Source of the DNA: Klebsormidium nitens
Taxonomy: Eukaryota; Plantae; Klebsormidiophyceae
NCBI GenBank assembly: GCA_000708835.1
Contig: DF237416.1
Span: 21,896-75,152 of the forward strand
Direction: 5' to 3'
Length of the DNA: 53,257 bases
In this document: in pieces, positions 12,741 through 26,524 of the stretch
Layout: every line of letters begins with the position of its first letter
How positions within the stretch are numbered: the stretch's first letter is position 1
Made by a program: the position numbers and the translations under genes
Notes under the pieces: generated by a model
What the model was told of the DNA's origin: nothing
Database searches by the model: none
What the model saw: only the letters and a program-made list of their open reading frames with translations

Positions 12741-14077
12741 AAGCCCGTATGCTTGGAGTGACCTTTGTAACTGCTTTGTATCATCTGCCCTGGCGATCAG
12801 CGACCGTTTCAGTGGACTCAGATGTCTTCTATATGTACTGGCTGGTCGGAGCAAGTATGTTTCATAGTTGAATTGACAGAGTGCTTTAGTGCTTCTATGT
12901 GCACAGCGCCTGGAATGATTTTAGCATGCTGTGTTTGTCCAGGTTCCACAACTGGTCAGCTGGTCCACAACTCGTGGGGATGCATCGGCCAAAAGAAAAC
13001 TGCGATAAGACGACCTTGGGATGTCGTTCCTGCTGATCACATTCAATGTTAGAATCTGCCAATGGAAATGTCTTGTGCTTGCTTCTCAGTGGGGTCGATT
13101 GTTACTGTCAATGGGGATGTCGGTGGGGCTTTATGGTGGCAGGTAGAAGAATTGTTGGACTGCCAGCTAAGCTTGCCAGGGTATGCACGATGCTGTGTCC
13201 CAAAGTACATTGCTTCCCGTCTGCTAGGATGTTAGTTGTTGTTTCATGTGCTATAAACTTGCTTCTTCCAAGAATTCGCAAAAGGTGGACATTCTGCTTC
13301 TCAATGATCAGAAGACTTTTATTCAATGTATTGCTTGGTTTCAACAGAGGTGTTCAAGGTCTGATTGAATGCTATCAATTCAATGATTGCGAGACCTTCT
13401 CTGACGTTGCACGAGATGGTCTTTCAGTATGTATGCCGTCTGCGCCATGGAGCACAGGCATGTGTTCTGCATGCAGGCTGGTTTACAGCCGCCTATAACA
13501 AAAGATTCTATTGGTTGCAATATGTCCCTCAAGCCAGCTGAAGCGTTATTATGAGACAAGGGTTGGGGATGTGCGCCAGCTTGTAAAAGCTATGTATGCA
13601 GACTCCAGTTTATGTACACTACCGGTGACTTTATCGATTATAGTGCACCATAGGCCCTTGCTGCGGCATGACGCGTTTGCATGCATGTGAGACGCGACAG
13701 CTTCCATGGCCGCCATGACCATGCTTCGAAAATTAATTAGATATGCAGCGAAGGTTTTATGCCATGTTCCACTGTTGCATACAGCCGCGCGAATTGCCGC
13801 GCCTGGAATCAAAATATGGATTGGTTCATTCGACATGTGCCGGCACGCCCGCAATCTGGTGAGATCATAGAAATATTTAAGATCAAGCCCCATGCATAAC
13901 AATAACCTGCAAGTCACTGTCAGAGACCGTCCCAGTACAGTGCACGAAGTGTTAGCTTCTCGTGCATGTCGACTGCACTGATCGATATGGTCGTCTCGAC
14001 TTGCTGCTTTGCTATTGGACTCATGCTCCGTTTGAACGCGTCACAGTATTGTCACATGTTCAAATATGACATTCAGT

Positions 14078-15582
14078 CTAATGAATTAGATGGCTCAACT
14101 CGTTTAGACAATCCGGCGTTGTTCGTTCAAGCAGATCTAAGTTGAAAACCTTTGCTAATTGTATTTTCAAAGAACTGCTGAAGGCATCTAGAAGCTCAGA
14201 GTCCGACTCTAGAACCAAGCTTCTTCCTATGTTTGTAGCATCCTTTTGCAGCAGATCTTTCACAGATCCAACAGGCCTATCAGAAATTCCGCAAGGAATG
14301 ATACTTTTGAAGGGATCAAGATCATTGGAGACGTTCAGAGCCAAGCCATGGTATGTCACCCACTTTGAGACTCGCACACCAATTGCCGCAACTTTTGACT
14401 CTCCTGCGTGGCATCAACAGAAAGTATTAAAGGTCTAGCAGCTGAAGAAGGCCTACACTAGTGACGAACACAGAACAACGTGAAAGCAAAGAGAATTCTT
14501 GCATCGGAAGAGCGCACTATGCAGATTAAAAGGATCTGTATGAGAATCCACACTCAGCCAGGACAGACTAGGGCAGGGGCAGGAACCAATAACAAGGCAC
14601 TCACCAACCCATACTCCTGTCAACCCTGGTTCTCGTCCGGCCTGGATACCACAGACGTCTTGCAAAGCCAGGATGATCACCTCCTCAAGAGAGCGGAGGT
14701 ACCAGTGCAGATCCGTCTGCTGCCTCCGCAGGTCCAGAATTGGATAGACGACCAACTGAAGCAGATCAAGGATCCAGACACATTTCGCTTCAATCCATCA
14801 AGGGCGGTCTTGAAAAAAGTTGGAAATTTTTGACACAGAGTCTTCGCTTGGTGTGAGAAGAACTTAAGGGTGATTACATTGCCCCCCTTCCTACATGACT
14901 TCAGGTGACCAAGGGGAAGCTAGTTAGATACTCTGCAACTGGCCCCATTACGAATGTGAAGGAGCAAGCAGGGCTGTTACAAAGACGAGAATGGCTGATG
15001 CAGTGTGGATACAGACCTCTCCAGGATCACAGTTCCCTGCTCGAAAGTCTAAAAAGAGGTCATTGCTGGCCATACCTGCCCTGGCCCGTGATACGTCACT
15101 TCTCCGCCCCGCTCAGTCACGTGGAGCTCAAAGGGGGGGTGGTCTTTGTCAAACTTCAGATTTTCAAGCGAGCTGCGAGTCCCAAGAGTAAATACAGGCG
15201 GGTGTTGCAGAATGAGTACCGCATCTGCCATCTCCTCGCCCTTTGATCGCGCCAGGTGCCGCTGGGAGACGAGAGCTTTCTGCCACTCCCAAGCAGTTGA
15301 GTATGGAACTAAAGTTGAGTGGAGATCATAACAGACGCACTGATTGATTGAGGGGGCCTGTACGGTTTCTACAGACAGTGCGATTGCACTTGTTTGATGT
15401 CGTCTGCACCTATTCCTGATGAGTGCGGTGTGACCAACGCTTGGTGCTCCCCCCCACTTGTTCCCTCGTGGCACATACTGGACGGTGGAAGTGTGTTTGC
15501 CCGCCAGGAACTCGTTCGTGAAATTGAGGTTTGCTGGTTGGTAGACAAGAGCACTGCTCGCTGCACGCTCCGCAGCTGGCAT
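14078..15582 (-). CDS. LIP2: Octanoyltransferase LIP2/LipB, plastid type, 3 coding exons
   Basis: [36 protein letters not shown]|[50 protein letters not shown]. Ser/Ala-rich N-terminus from ATG 15582 (start codon inferred). Confidence 0.93.
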
Positions 15583-16265
15583 TGCCCCAGCACCACCAGC
15601 ACCTTTATATCTCTGCAGCACAATTTGCAGCGGCTTGCAACTTGATGACTGCCACTATGAACCTGATAATTTGTTCAGACGACGTGCTACCAAATATTCT
15701 TCTCCTTGACTTCGTGAGATGCTAGATATTTGTTGAAGGAAAGAAGGCGAGTGCTCTGTGAAGCACCAGAATCAAAAACTACCACCCCACCACACGTTGC
15801 ATAGGAACATTCTACCTCTTGATACTCTGCTTCTCAGCTCCAATGCAAAAGACCCCAGGCCAGGATTCATCAAAGCAGGAATGGGCCACTTTCAGAGATC
15901 GAGGCTGCCCATGCCATGCCAGATGCGCCCAGGGCCAAAGCAATGCTCCTGAGTCCTGGACCTGAGGCTGGGGAATTGACTGACAGCTGCGTCTTTCTGC
16001 AGGCGTTGGTTTCTATTAGGTAGTACTAACGATTAATTGAACCTTCGATGCAAGTTCGATCGCAGGCTGACGCTGTCGGTCTCAACCCCAGCTGTTTGAA
16101 CCGGGTTCCACCTGCAATGTTCGAGACGGTTTCGGCAACCGGTACGCCGTCTGCAGCGGCGAGTCGAAACCTTGTCCGGATTGACCCAGGATTGACCCAG
16201 CCGAAGTTGCCTCAAAAGTTAAAACCTGCCTCCATGACCACGAACATGCTTCCCTGCACTTCTGC

Positions 16266-19200
16266 ATGCGCCCCAACTTCGCTAGCTGCGCCACACGAAG
16301 TTCAGCTTTCACAGGTCTCTTCTCAAGCCCAAATTCGCTTCTGTGGCAATTGAGCAACATGGCGGAGCCTCCTGTTGATGTCCTCCTCCCAAAGAACGTG
16401 TCCCCGGTGAAATACACTCTCACCCTGAAACCTGACCTGGAAACTTTCAAGTTTGGTGGGGTTGCGCAGATTGAGCTGGACGTGAAGGAAGACACCCAGG
16501 AGCTCAAATTCCATGCTGCTGAGCTAGAGTTCCAAAAGGTGGGTGGTTGCGTGTGACAGCTTTGTATGTACCAGAAGTTGCATCTTTTCGACTTGAAATG
16601 TATATATTTCTGTTTTGATTGGTCATGGGGCACTGTCAAGAGTGGCGTGTCTTCAAGTTGAGATGTTCATATTTCTGCTTTGATTGGTCATGGGGCACTG
16701 TCAAGCTTACTGTAGGTTGGGCAGGGTTTCAGGTCACGAGATCTCCAACAATTGGTGCTGTTCCTACCACCATAGATCAGTCCTCTTTTGCTCCGAATCT
16801 CCGTCTGGGCCGAATCCAGATAATATGTTTCCATGGGACAAGGGTTTATGCCCCACAAAAACGGTGTCACCTGAGCTCAGAGCGCAATTGGACAAGTTTG
16901 CACTTTCTTGTGACTTGTAAGTCTGTGCAGGGGTAAGCTTGCTCAAGGTTCTCACTTGCAATTTTAGCCATTGCAAGTTTGGGAAATACTTGGGTACACG
17001 ATCATTCGGGTGTAGAATGAAGCTTCGCTCCAGTCCCTCATATAGCCAACAAGATCAAGCAATCTCGTGTGATAAAGAGTGTTTCTGCCTGGCAATCAGC
17101 ATACAATGCATGGCGAGAATCCAATCCAGTGCGATGCGAGCTACATCATCCCCACTGGCCGTTCTGTTCATGTCAATGTTTCTAATGTCCCTGCATCTCA
17201 CAATCGGTTTGGAAGCATTGGATTCCTCCTTGCGATCAAAGCGTACACAAATTGATCCCACCTTCTGCAATGGAACAACCATAGTAAAAATTACAACTTG
17301 AACTCAAAGTGTTCCAGCTATTGAGGGAAGTTTTGTGACTTTTGCCATTTGACATCTTCTGCCGGACGCAATGTACTTATCTCCACGTTCCTTACTTGCG
17401 AGAGGCAGCACTTCCATAATATGTGTGTGTTGAACAAGACTCCCTGAAGTACAACAAACTCACTAACAAAATCATAACCAGGTAGCCTTCTTATTGTCAC
17501 GACTGCCTGCGCCCTGCAGGTTGTGGTAAAGAGCGATGATGTGAGCAAGGAGCTCGGAGGGGACGCCGTAGTGCTGGACTCGGAGGCAGAGACGGCGACT
17601 GTGAAGCTGGACGGTGCCACTCTGAAGAAGGGCACAGCGCTCCTGACTATCGATTTCACTGGGACACTCAATACCAACATGGCTGGGTTCTACCGTGAGT
17701 GCTTGCATGAAATCTGCCCCTGCAGAGTTCTTTAAATTCTGTGTCACGTCGCTTCCTGAGGACCAGTAGGATTAGGGCATACTGATTGTGACTGTGTGTT
17801 TAAAACCTTTTCGTTCGTAATCCTTGTGACCATGTGCGATGAAAAACGATCTTCGTTTGGCAGTCCTTCACATCCTGAGATCAGCCCCAGCGAACTCCGA
17901 TGGGTGTGGAACCGTCTTTGCTTCAATCCTCCTATTGATCCAATCGCGGAGAATATGGTCACCCAATTCACATTGATCCGGATCGAGGTCGCTGAACGAC
18001 CTCCCATTCCTCCCTAGGCCCTCTGGCAAGATGGAGCAATTTCTTTGTATGTATGTGCTGCTCGAACTGGATCCAAATGCAAACCTTTTAAGCCTAGAAC
18101 GCACTTCGAGGCGCTCCTCTGACGTTTAAAACCCCATTGACTCATCGTTTGTACCACTTCTAGGGTCTGCCTACACCGTTGGCGGCCAGAAGAAGCACCT
18201 GGCGACCACGCAGTTCGAGGCGACCGACGCGCGCCGCGCGTTCCCTAGCTGGGACGAGCCGGCCCAGAAGGCCAAGTTCGACATCACTCTAGTTGTCCCG
18301 TCCGCGCTCACCGCGCTGAGCAACATGCCGGTCGTGAGCGAGACGGACAACGGCGACGGCACCAAGAGCGTGCACTTTGCGGAGACGCCCATATGCAGCA
18401 CGTACTTGGTGGCGTTCATCGTGGGGGAGCTGGAGAAGGTGGAGGGCAAGACCAAGGAGGGCGTCGACGTGAGCATACAATGTGGTTGACGTTGGACTTG
18501 ATTAGCTTCTTCGTGACGGATCTCAGGGAACGTCGGGGTGCAATAGATCGAAAAGATGGAGTTCAAGACCAAGGAGGGCGTCGACGTGAGAAAACGATTT
18601 AATTGAAGTTGGACTTGATGAGCTTCTTTGGACTTGATGAGCTTCTTTGGGACGGATCGCGGGAAACGGAGGGGTGCAATGGATGGCAAAGGTGGAGGGC
18701 AAAACCGAGAGGGCGTCGACGTGAGCACGCAGTCTAGTTGAAGCCGGACTTGACAAACCTTTCTGAGCGTGATGGATGTCGGGTGCAGAAGATGGTGCTC
18801 GATTCGGTACGTTAGCTGGAGGTGGCGGACGGCAAGACCATCGACTATGGTAGTTGAAGTCCAAGTTTGAGTTCTTTGGGGTGTTGTGCTTCGACCCTAT
18901 TGGACGTCTGGAGAGGCTTTCGAGGTATGCACGACGATATCGGGCCTTGAGTTTCAGGTCCAATGACTTTTATGTAGTGGTTGCAGCCAGCGGCGTTGTT
19001 CCTGCTTCAGTCGAATGACGACGATAGGTCGCTTAGGGGGCCGAGGAAAGGTTCACCTGCTGTCCCTTTGCTCTTGCTCTTTGCGACTCCGGTCGTCCCA
19101 TCCCGCCCATCGCTTTTCGAAATGCAATCTAGAATTCTGAGCACCGCGCATCTTTGTAACTCCTTGCAACGCCTGTGCGCTGCAGGTGCGCGTGTTCACC

Positions 19201-22200
19201 ACCCCCGGCAAGAAGGAGCAGGGCCGGTTCGCGCTGGAGGTGGCGGCCAAGATCCTGTCCTTCTTCAACGACTACTTCGGGATCGACTACCCGCTGCCCA
19301 AGAGCGACCTCGTCGCAATCCCCGACTTCGCCGCAGGCGCCATGGAGAACTGGTACGTAGTTCGATGGTTACATTAAGTTTTGGAGGTTCGCTTGCATCG
19401 GCGTACATTTTTTTGAGTCCGTTTCAGAGGATCACTAGTAATGGATTTGCAAGTTTGTGGCAATTTACAGGACGGTTTCAAAACTCGACTATATCTTTTT
19501 ATCCATTTGTGCTGCCGCAGCTAGAGTCTGCCTCAAGGTCTTCACGACCGGGTTCTTCTCCTGCTTTTTCCCGATATGTGATCGGTTATGAGTCTGTACA
19601 AGCGGAAGTACCCTGCCTCTTATTGCCGAAAACTGTCAACGTTCGCCCTCCGCTTGATCGTTAGCACGTTCCTACGGTCCTGCACACATGTGGTCATTTA
19701 CCACACCCAGACTTGTTCCCTTGGCGGCAGATCCATCGCTGATCTTCTTGCCACGTGTCCAGGGGCCTCATCACCTTCCGGGAGACGGCCCTCCTGGTCG
19801 ACGAGAACACGTCTGCCACGGGGCGGCAGCGCGTTGCGTATGTAGTGGCACACGAGCTGGCGCATCAGGTGAGGATTCTTATAACGAACCGATTGTTCGC
19901 TGAGTCGTCATGTAGTGTGCATCGCGTCGAGCCGGTGCGCTCAGAGAATGCGAGTGTGCAAATTACTTCCCCTGGCTCTTGTACATTTGAAGAATGAGTA
20001 GCTTCGAGTCTGAATGGAACTTCTGATTTTGATTCCGTCATGACGGGACTCTAGTAACAATCAAAAGCGCTTTCAAAGACAGATTGTGAAGGCAGCAGCG
20101 GTCGCAGGGCGTTGCCTCTCCGCTTAAGTGAATCGTTGGCTCGCTCTTGGTACAGTGGTTCGGCAACCTCGTGACGATGAGCTGGTGGACGGACCTGTGG
20201 CTCAACGGTAAGCCTGCATAGATCCCCGATCGGAAAGCCTCCTCTTTCTGCACACATGAAACGGAGGAGACGTCAATCTGCTCGGTACGAATTTCCGTTT
20301 GAGCAAGGAGGAGCGGTTGAGGCAACTGCTTCACGTCATGTAAATTGCAAGACGAGGCTTGTGAAAATTTCAGATTCTTTGATTTCAAACCAGAATTTCT
20401 ACGTCTGCCAAGTCGCAGTCCACTAATATCGCCTCGTTCACTTGCATGAAGAGGGCTTCGCCACGTGGGTGGGCTGGCTGGGAGTCGACCATGTGTTCCC
20501 GGAGTGGGACGTCTGGACACAGGTACGGCCTCCCACTTTGACACCCGAGCCAATCTGAGCAACGTCTTTAGGGCTGAAACTACACGTCACACGACCAGAC
20601 CTCAGCATTCATCCCAGAGCAAATTCCAAAAGCTTGGTAAAGGTCCGCAAAGCATTTACTCGCTTGGGAGCGACGGTGCTTTCATAGACCAAACTCCTCG
20701 TAGTCGTGCCTCGAAGCTACTCAGGAAGCTGGCTGTTTATCTCATCGACGACATCATCAATGGTTCTTCTCACACGGTCCAATAACCTGACGGTTCTGGC
20801 TCAAGTGCCCCGGAGCGGAGGCGCGTTGTTCTATTCCCTCAACATCACAGCTTGCAGATCCACGAAGAGTTACAAGTCCAGGTTACCATAATCTCAAGGA
20901 CCTACAACCCGCTGGAGTTCGCATGTGAACCTTCAGCCTCAATACTGGGGTGCCTGCAAGTCGTACTCGTGCAGTAGTGCTGGAGCATGGTAAAAACCAG
21001 GTAAACAAACCTTGCCGGGTGCAGTTCACCGGCAGTGAGGCCACCCGCGCGCTGACTACCGACGCGCTGCTGTCGTCGCACCCGGTGGAGGTGCCCATCA
21101 AGGACCCCAAGGAGATCGGGCAAGTCTTTGACGCGCTGAGCTACCAGAAGGGCGCCTGCGTCATTCGCCAGCTGGAGGCCGCGCTCGGGGCGGACGACTT
21201 CAAGAAGGTGAGGTACCCTTCCTCGTGACGTCGTCTCGCTCTCCAAATACGAGTGATGCTTGTATTCTGTCGTAAGCTGGTGGATCCGTTGAAGGTCTCC
21301 CTTCCTCAAACAGTATTTGTACCGCCACCAGTACGGCAAGGTAAACCGACCCCAATTCTCAAACCGGAGGCTCGAATGTTGACCACCTGTTCGGGCCAGA
21401 GCCTCCATCAGTGATCTGCACTGCCACCAGTATGGCTGAGATAAATAAACTTCAATGCTAAAATGGCAAAATCAAATCCCAAACCCGAAATACATTTCTC
21501 GACCATCAACTTTTCCAGGGCTTGCACCAGTACTTGCACTGTCACCCCTATACCTAAAGGACATCCGTCTCCGGATCCAACCCCCGATCTCCAACCCGAA
21601 ACCCGACACTCATACCTTGACTGCCTTATTTTTCAGGGCCTGCACCAGTACTTGCACCGCCACCAGTACGGCAACACGGTGACCACCGACCTGTGGGCGG
21701 CCCTCAGCGAGTCCTCGGGCAAGCCCGTGCAGTCATGGATGGAGAGCTGGACCCGCCAGACCGGTTTCCCCCTCATCACGGTTACCGACAACAAAGGGCT
21801 CGAGCTCAGGCAGAATCGCTTCCTGTCGTCCGGCCCCCCCGCGCCGGAGCAGGACCAGCAGCTGTGGTGGGTGCCCATCAACGCGTCGCAGGGGGGGGGC
21901 GCGGAAGGAGTCACGGAATTGCCGCTGTTTGTGCTCAAGGTGAGAGGCGGAAGATTACTTGCTTTTGTACCGGATTAAACGTTGGGGCTACAACAATTGG
22001 GCCTGAAAGGTCTTTCTTGCCAGCCTGCAGGTCGAAGTCGCCCTTATGCCGTTTCTCAGTGGCTTGGCTATCGATGTAGTCGGCTCAGTTGGCTTTTGTC
22101 TATTGCGTCTTCTTCTGCAAAGCTGCTGCCATCAGTTCTTTCTTGTGATGCAAAGCAAAATATGTCCCCCTTCGCTTCCTTTACGAAAGGGACTTGTCCT

Positions 22201-25200
22201 TTGACAATCCAGTCCCGACGCCATCAGCGCCCCACTTAGGATTTCCAGCGCCCAGCAATACTTCATCCAAGCTCTACTCGCCCCCAACTTCAGTTTGCCG
22301 CCTCTGCTCGTAGCCCCACCACCTCTCTAAACTCTTCTGTTGACTTCCCAGGACCGCGAGGCGGACTTCTCGAGCGCGGCACCGGCCTCTTCTGACAGCT
22401 GGCTCAAGCTGAACCGGGCGCAAACGGGCATCTACCGGGTGAACTACACGCCGGATCTGTGGAAAGCTTTGGCAGGGGCCGTCAAGTCGCTGGCACTGCC
22501 GCCCGTGGACCGACTAGGTAAGGGGGAAGCATCCGCTTGCTCGGTGAACAAATTTACTGACAGGCTCGGCAGCGGAGGGCGTTACGAAGACACCTGGTGA
22601 TTGACAGTAAACTTTGTTTCCAGTCGATGACAACGATAGCTCTGAGCAAAGCTGTAAGTATGCGGGGAGGGAAACGTTGAGGAAGATGACGTTTCCCCTT
22701 TGGGCGCGGCGCTTTGCTGACTTGAGGGCTGGCTGGAGACTTTCGGTCTTCGTCAAGCTGACAGACTACACAGACCCCTTGTCTTTAGACAGTTTGCCAA
22801 AAGAACCTTGGATCGACTGCGGTTTTTGCCACCTCCGCTTGGACCCAGGAGTCGCTGAGCTTGCTCTGCCTTCTCTTTGGTTGCCGCGTCTTCCATGCAA
22901 GCCCGCTGCTAGGCTCCAAATCCGTCACCAGTCTGCAACCGCTGATTGTCCTGAGCACTTTCCTGTGGCAGGTGTGATCAGCGATGCGTTTGCGCTGTCC
23001 AAGGCGGGCGTGCTCCGCACCAGCCAGACCCTCGAGCTGCTGCTCTCCTACGCCAACGAAACCGAGTGAGCGCCCGTTCTCATAAAACTTCCTGGAGCCC
23101 TTATTGCCGATATGCCTTTGGCTGCTGACTTGAGGTTCAGCTTGTCGTTGCTTCGCTCTTTCAGTTAGCGTTTCCCTTTTGCTCTCGGTAGCTGCTACTC
23201 TGCCCAATGCAATCGGTAGTGCTTAGAAAGGGCACTCTCGAAGGAGTGCTGTAGGAGTGCCCTGGCTCGCCTCCCTTTTATTAGCCACTCTAACACTGAC
23301 TCTTTGAAGATTCCCTTGTCATTGGTGCCCTCTTCGCTTGTGCTCTTAAGTTGCACCGGCACATTACCTTTCATTGCCCTTTCGTGGCAGCTAAACGGTA
23401 TTTTTTGCGGTTGAGCTGCGACATGCGTACTCGCATGCAATGGCAGGTTACGCCTCCCAGGAACCTTCCTTCCTCTTCCCCCTGCAGCTACACGGTGTGG
23501 AACCAGCTGAGCGGCGACTTCGGCGAGCTGGACTCCATCTTGTCGACGACGTCGTTTTACCCCGCCGTACAGCGCGTGGGCCGCCAGCTGTACAGCACCA
23601 TTGGGCAACAGATCGGCTGGGACGCGCAACCGGTGCGCAACCTGCCGCCCTTGTCCAGACCGCTCGGTTCTGCTCTGTTTGCGAGGGCTCTCGGGTGTAG
23701 TCAGGCAGCACCGGATTTGAGGCACTATTGCATTTGGTTCGTGTGAGGGATGGGCTGGTGGGAATGAGATGGCAACCTGGTGGAGATGCCAGGTGAAAAG
23801 ATCGTGGGAGTGAACATTGGAGGCGCAAGATGTGTTTGAATGGCGAGAAACGGGAGTGATCTTGGAGTTGGTTATAATCGACGCGCACCTTTCGAGGACG
23901 TCAACTCCCAGCGGCAATGCCTAGCTCGTAGGAGCAGCCGAGAGAAGGCCGAGCGTCACAGTGGGGCCAACTTTCACCCGTCCTTCTGAGCATCTATTTT
24001 GTTTCTGTAGTCAACTCGGCACTGCCACCTCGAGTCCCCTTCAAGGTCTCTACGCGCTCCGCTGATGTCCCAATTTCCCCTTGATAATCCTGCGCCTTTC
24101 TCGAGCGCCAATGCGAGCTCACTTACCTTGCTGTCTTTGTTGTTGCAGGGCGAGACGCACCTGATCGGGCTGCTGCGGCCGCTGGTGCTGAGCAAGCTGG
24201 CCAAATACAAGGACGAGGCCACAATCGCCAAGAGCCGCCAGCTCTTCGGCCTCCTGCAGGGCGACCCCACGTGAGTGCATGTCCTCAGAATGGTCGCCAT
24301 GTCTGCGTTGGTAATTTCAAGCTCTTCTCTTCGGCGCAAGGGGTGTAGGCACCGGGCAAAGCAGCGCCCGAATGTTGCGCCGCGGATCAAGCTAAGACAA
24401 CCTTTTGCTTTCGACCCTCAGAAGTCGGGCCTTCAATCCTGCCAGGCCTCCTTGATTTCCTTGCTTGTTACGTCATCACAAAGGTGGCACGTGCGTTCAC
24501 TTTCTGTGTCGACCGCCTTTGATGCACGGCACCAACAACGATTACGCATATCCCGACCATATCACTTGTGTTGCACGTACTGAACTGCATTTCTTTTTCG
24601 ACCGGAGCTCGTAAGTCTTTCTGTGGAGAAAACACTTCAACTCGTGTTTGTGCGGCAGGTCGGTGCACCCCGACTTGCGCGGCGTGGTAGTGAGCACGGC
24701 GGTGTCAGAAGGCGGCCGCGCCGAGTACGAGGCGGTCAAGGAGCTGTACCGCAAGTCGGATTCTGCGGAGCAGAAGATCAAGTACCTCACCGGTCAGCCC
24801 GCCGCACGCTCACGGCGTTGCTTCCCCTATGTTCCGCTCCGTTGCCTAGCTTTTTCTGGTCTGTTTCTCGGCATCTCGTATGGGCCGCGAAACAGTTCTC
24901 TGCCCCGTCTTTTCTTGTAGCCTCGGAAATGTAGAAGGTTTCCAGTGCTTTGAACAAGCACCGGAGACGTCCATCTGTGCTTTAGATTGAGTTTGTGACA
25001 CTTGAGGAGAGGGCTGACGGGGGCAGGTTACTTCAGGGCGTTGAAAGCTTGGTGACGGACCGCTTGCCATCTGATCTCATTTCGACGCTGCAGTCCACGG
25101 TCGTCGACAAAGGCCGCGGCTGTGTTTGTTCCTGGGATGGCCACATCGTGGGGCCACATCATATGATCTGTCCTTGCTTGCCTCCCAAAATCGCCGGAAG

Positions 25201-26524
25201 GGAATTCTGAATTTCGCACAAGACTCCGCTTTACAATAGGGCAGAGGAACGCTTCCAGGGTGAAAGGTACCCTTTCGTGCCGAACCCGTCAGTTTTTCTT
25301 CTTCTTGTTGCTTACGACTTTTGCGTGGAAGCCAGGTGGATGTACGCTGGTTGGAAGTCAAATCGGGTTTGCGCTCTGCATCACTTTCTGACGCTCGTAA
25401 TTGTTTCGCTGCAGCGCTGGGCCAGACCAAGGACCCGGAGCTCATTCAGGACTTCCTCAACTTCGGCATCGACACGGAGCAAGTCCGATCGCAGGACGTC
25501 CTGTAAGTGCCCGCAAGCCGAACGGCTTTATCTTGTTATCTTTCGGCTTCGCCCGTAAACACCCTCCGCCTCTGGGATTGCTTTCGCATCCTTCCTCGTC
25601 CACCCGCACAACTTCGTTCAGGAGAACAGATATCAGATGGGAAGCTTTTGGTGGGCGGTCCTGCCATTGAGATTGTCTTGTTTATTGCTTAAAGCCCCGA
25701 ATCTGAAGAAGTGTCTCTGGCAAGGGTCCAAAATGTCCTTTTATTTGCTGTAAGCTCTGAACCTCAAAAAGTGACACGTGGCAAGGGACCGTGTGCGAAA
25801 TGAGCTGACGGCTGGGCTGCGCTGTTTGCGCATCACAGGTACATGCTGGGCGGGCTGTCAGCCAACAGGTACGCGCGCGACGCCGCATGGGAGTTCGTCA
25901 AGGCGCACTGGGACGACGTCTTCTACCCGCGCTTCAAGAAGGGCATGCTCCAGGTCAGCGCCGCACCGAAATGCTCAGCAACTGTCCATACCGTCTGCTC
26001 GTTAGGGCTCTTCCAATCGTTCCGACTGCTACCCGGCACTGCAGCTCTGCGGCTGGTCCCATTTGGATGTCGTCTTGTTCCACTGCCACCGTCGACGTGC
26101 CGCTGGGAAAAGGGAGGGTGTGATCTCGTGAACAGTGCTCCATACGAAGATGTTCCCTCACTGCATAAGGTGTTGAGGACGACTCTGCCGCCGCAGTTGC
26201 TAGACTGCAAAGGCCTCCACTTCTGGTTTCAGCCCTCTTTCCAACCGCTCGAGGCAACGCTCAGGAATGTTTTTTGAACTCTTGAATCCAATTCCTGAAC
26301 CCAAGAGCCTCTCTGTGTCCGTGCAGTATGTCGCGTCTATCCCGATCCGCGGGTTTGCTTCTGAGGAGAAGGCGCGCGACGCCGAGGAGTTTTACCGCAC
26401 CCACCCGGTGCCCGAGGCCAAGATGGAGGTTGCGCGCAGCCTGGAGGCGATCCGGTCTAAGGCGCAGTGGCTTGCGCGCGACCAGGAGGACATCGATACG
26501 TGGCTCCAGAAGAATGAGCGATGA
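16266..26524 (+). CDS. APM1: Aminopeptidase M1 (puromycin-sensitive/APM1-like) with ERAP1-like C-terminal domain, many exons
   Basis: [26 protein letters not shown]|GLITFRE (GAMEN), VVAHELAHQ|[23 protein letters not shown] (HEXXH-x18-E), SYQKGA. Stop at 26524. Second in-frame ATG at 16359. Confidence 0.96.
16604..16705 (+). repeat. 37-bp direct repeat x2 (period 65 bp) in APM1 intron 1
   Basis: atatttctg(t/c)tttgattggtcatggggcactgtcaag at 16604-16640 and 16669-16705, one mismatch. Confidence 0.9.
18440..18890 (+). repeat. Tandem array (~117-bp unit, ~4 decaying copies) spanning an APM1 exon end and donor site
   Basis: caagaccaaggagggcgtcgac|gtgag recurs with GT at 18469, 18586 and 18721 (the +18 bp comes from an internal duplication of ttggacttgatgagcttc); degenerate fourth copy near 18840. 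Confidence 0.85.
21300..21680 (+). repeat. Tandem decaying copies of an APM1 acceptor and exon start (~100-119-bp period)
   Basis: cagtacttgcaccgccaccagtacggc-like copies near 21311, 21409, 21527 and the true exon near 21646 ([13 protein letters not shown]). Confidence 0.8.
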
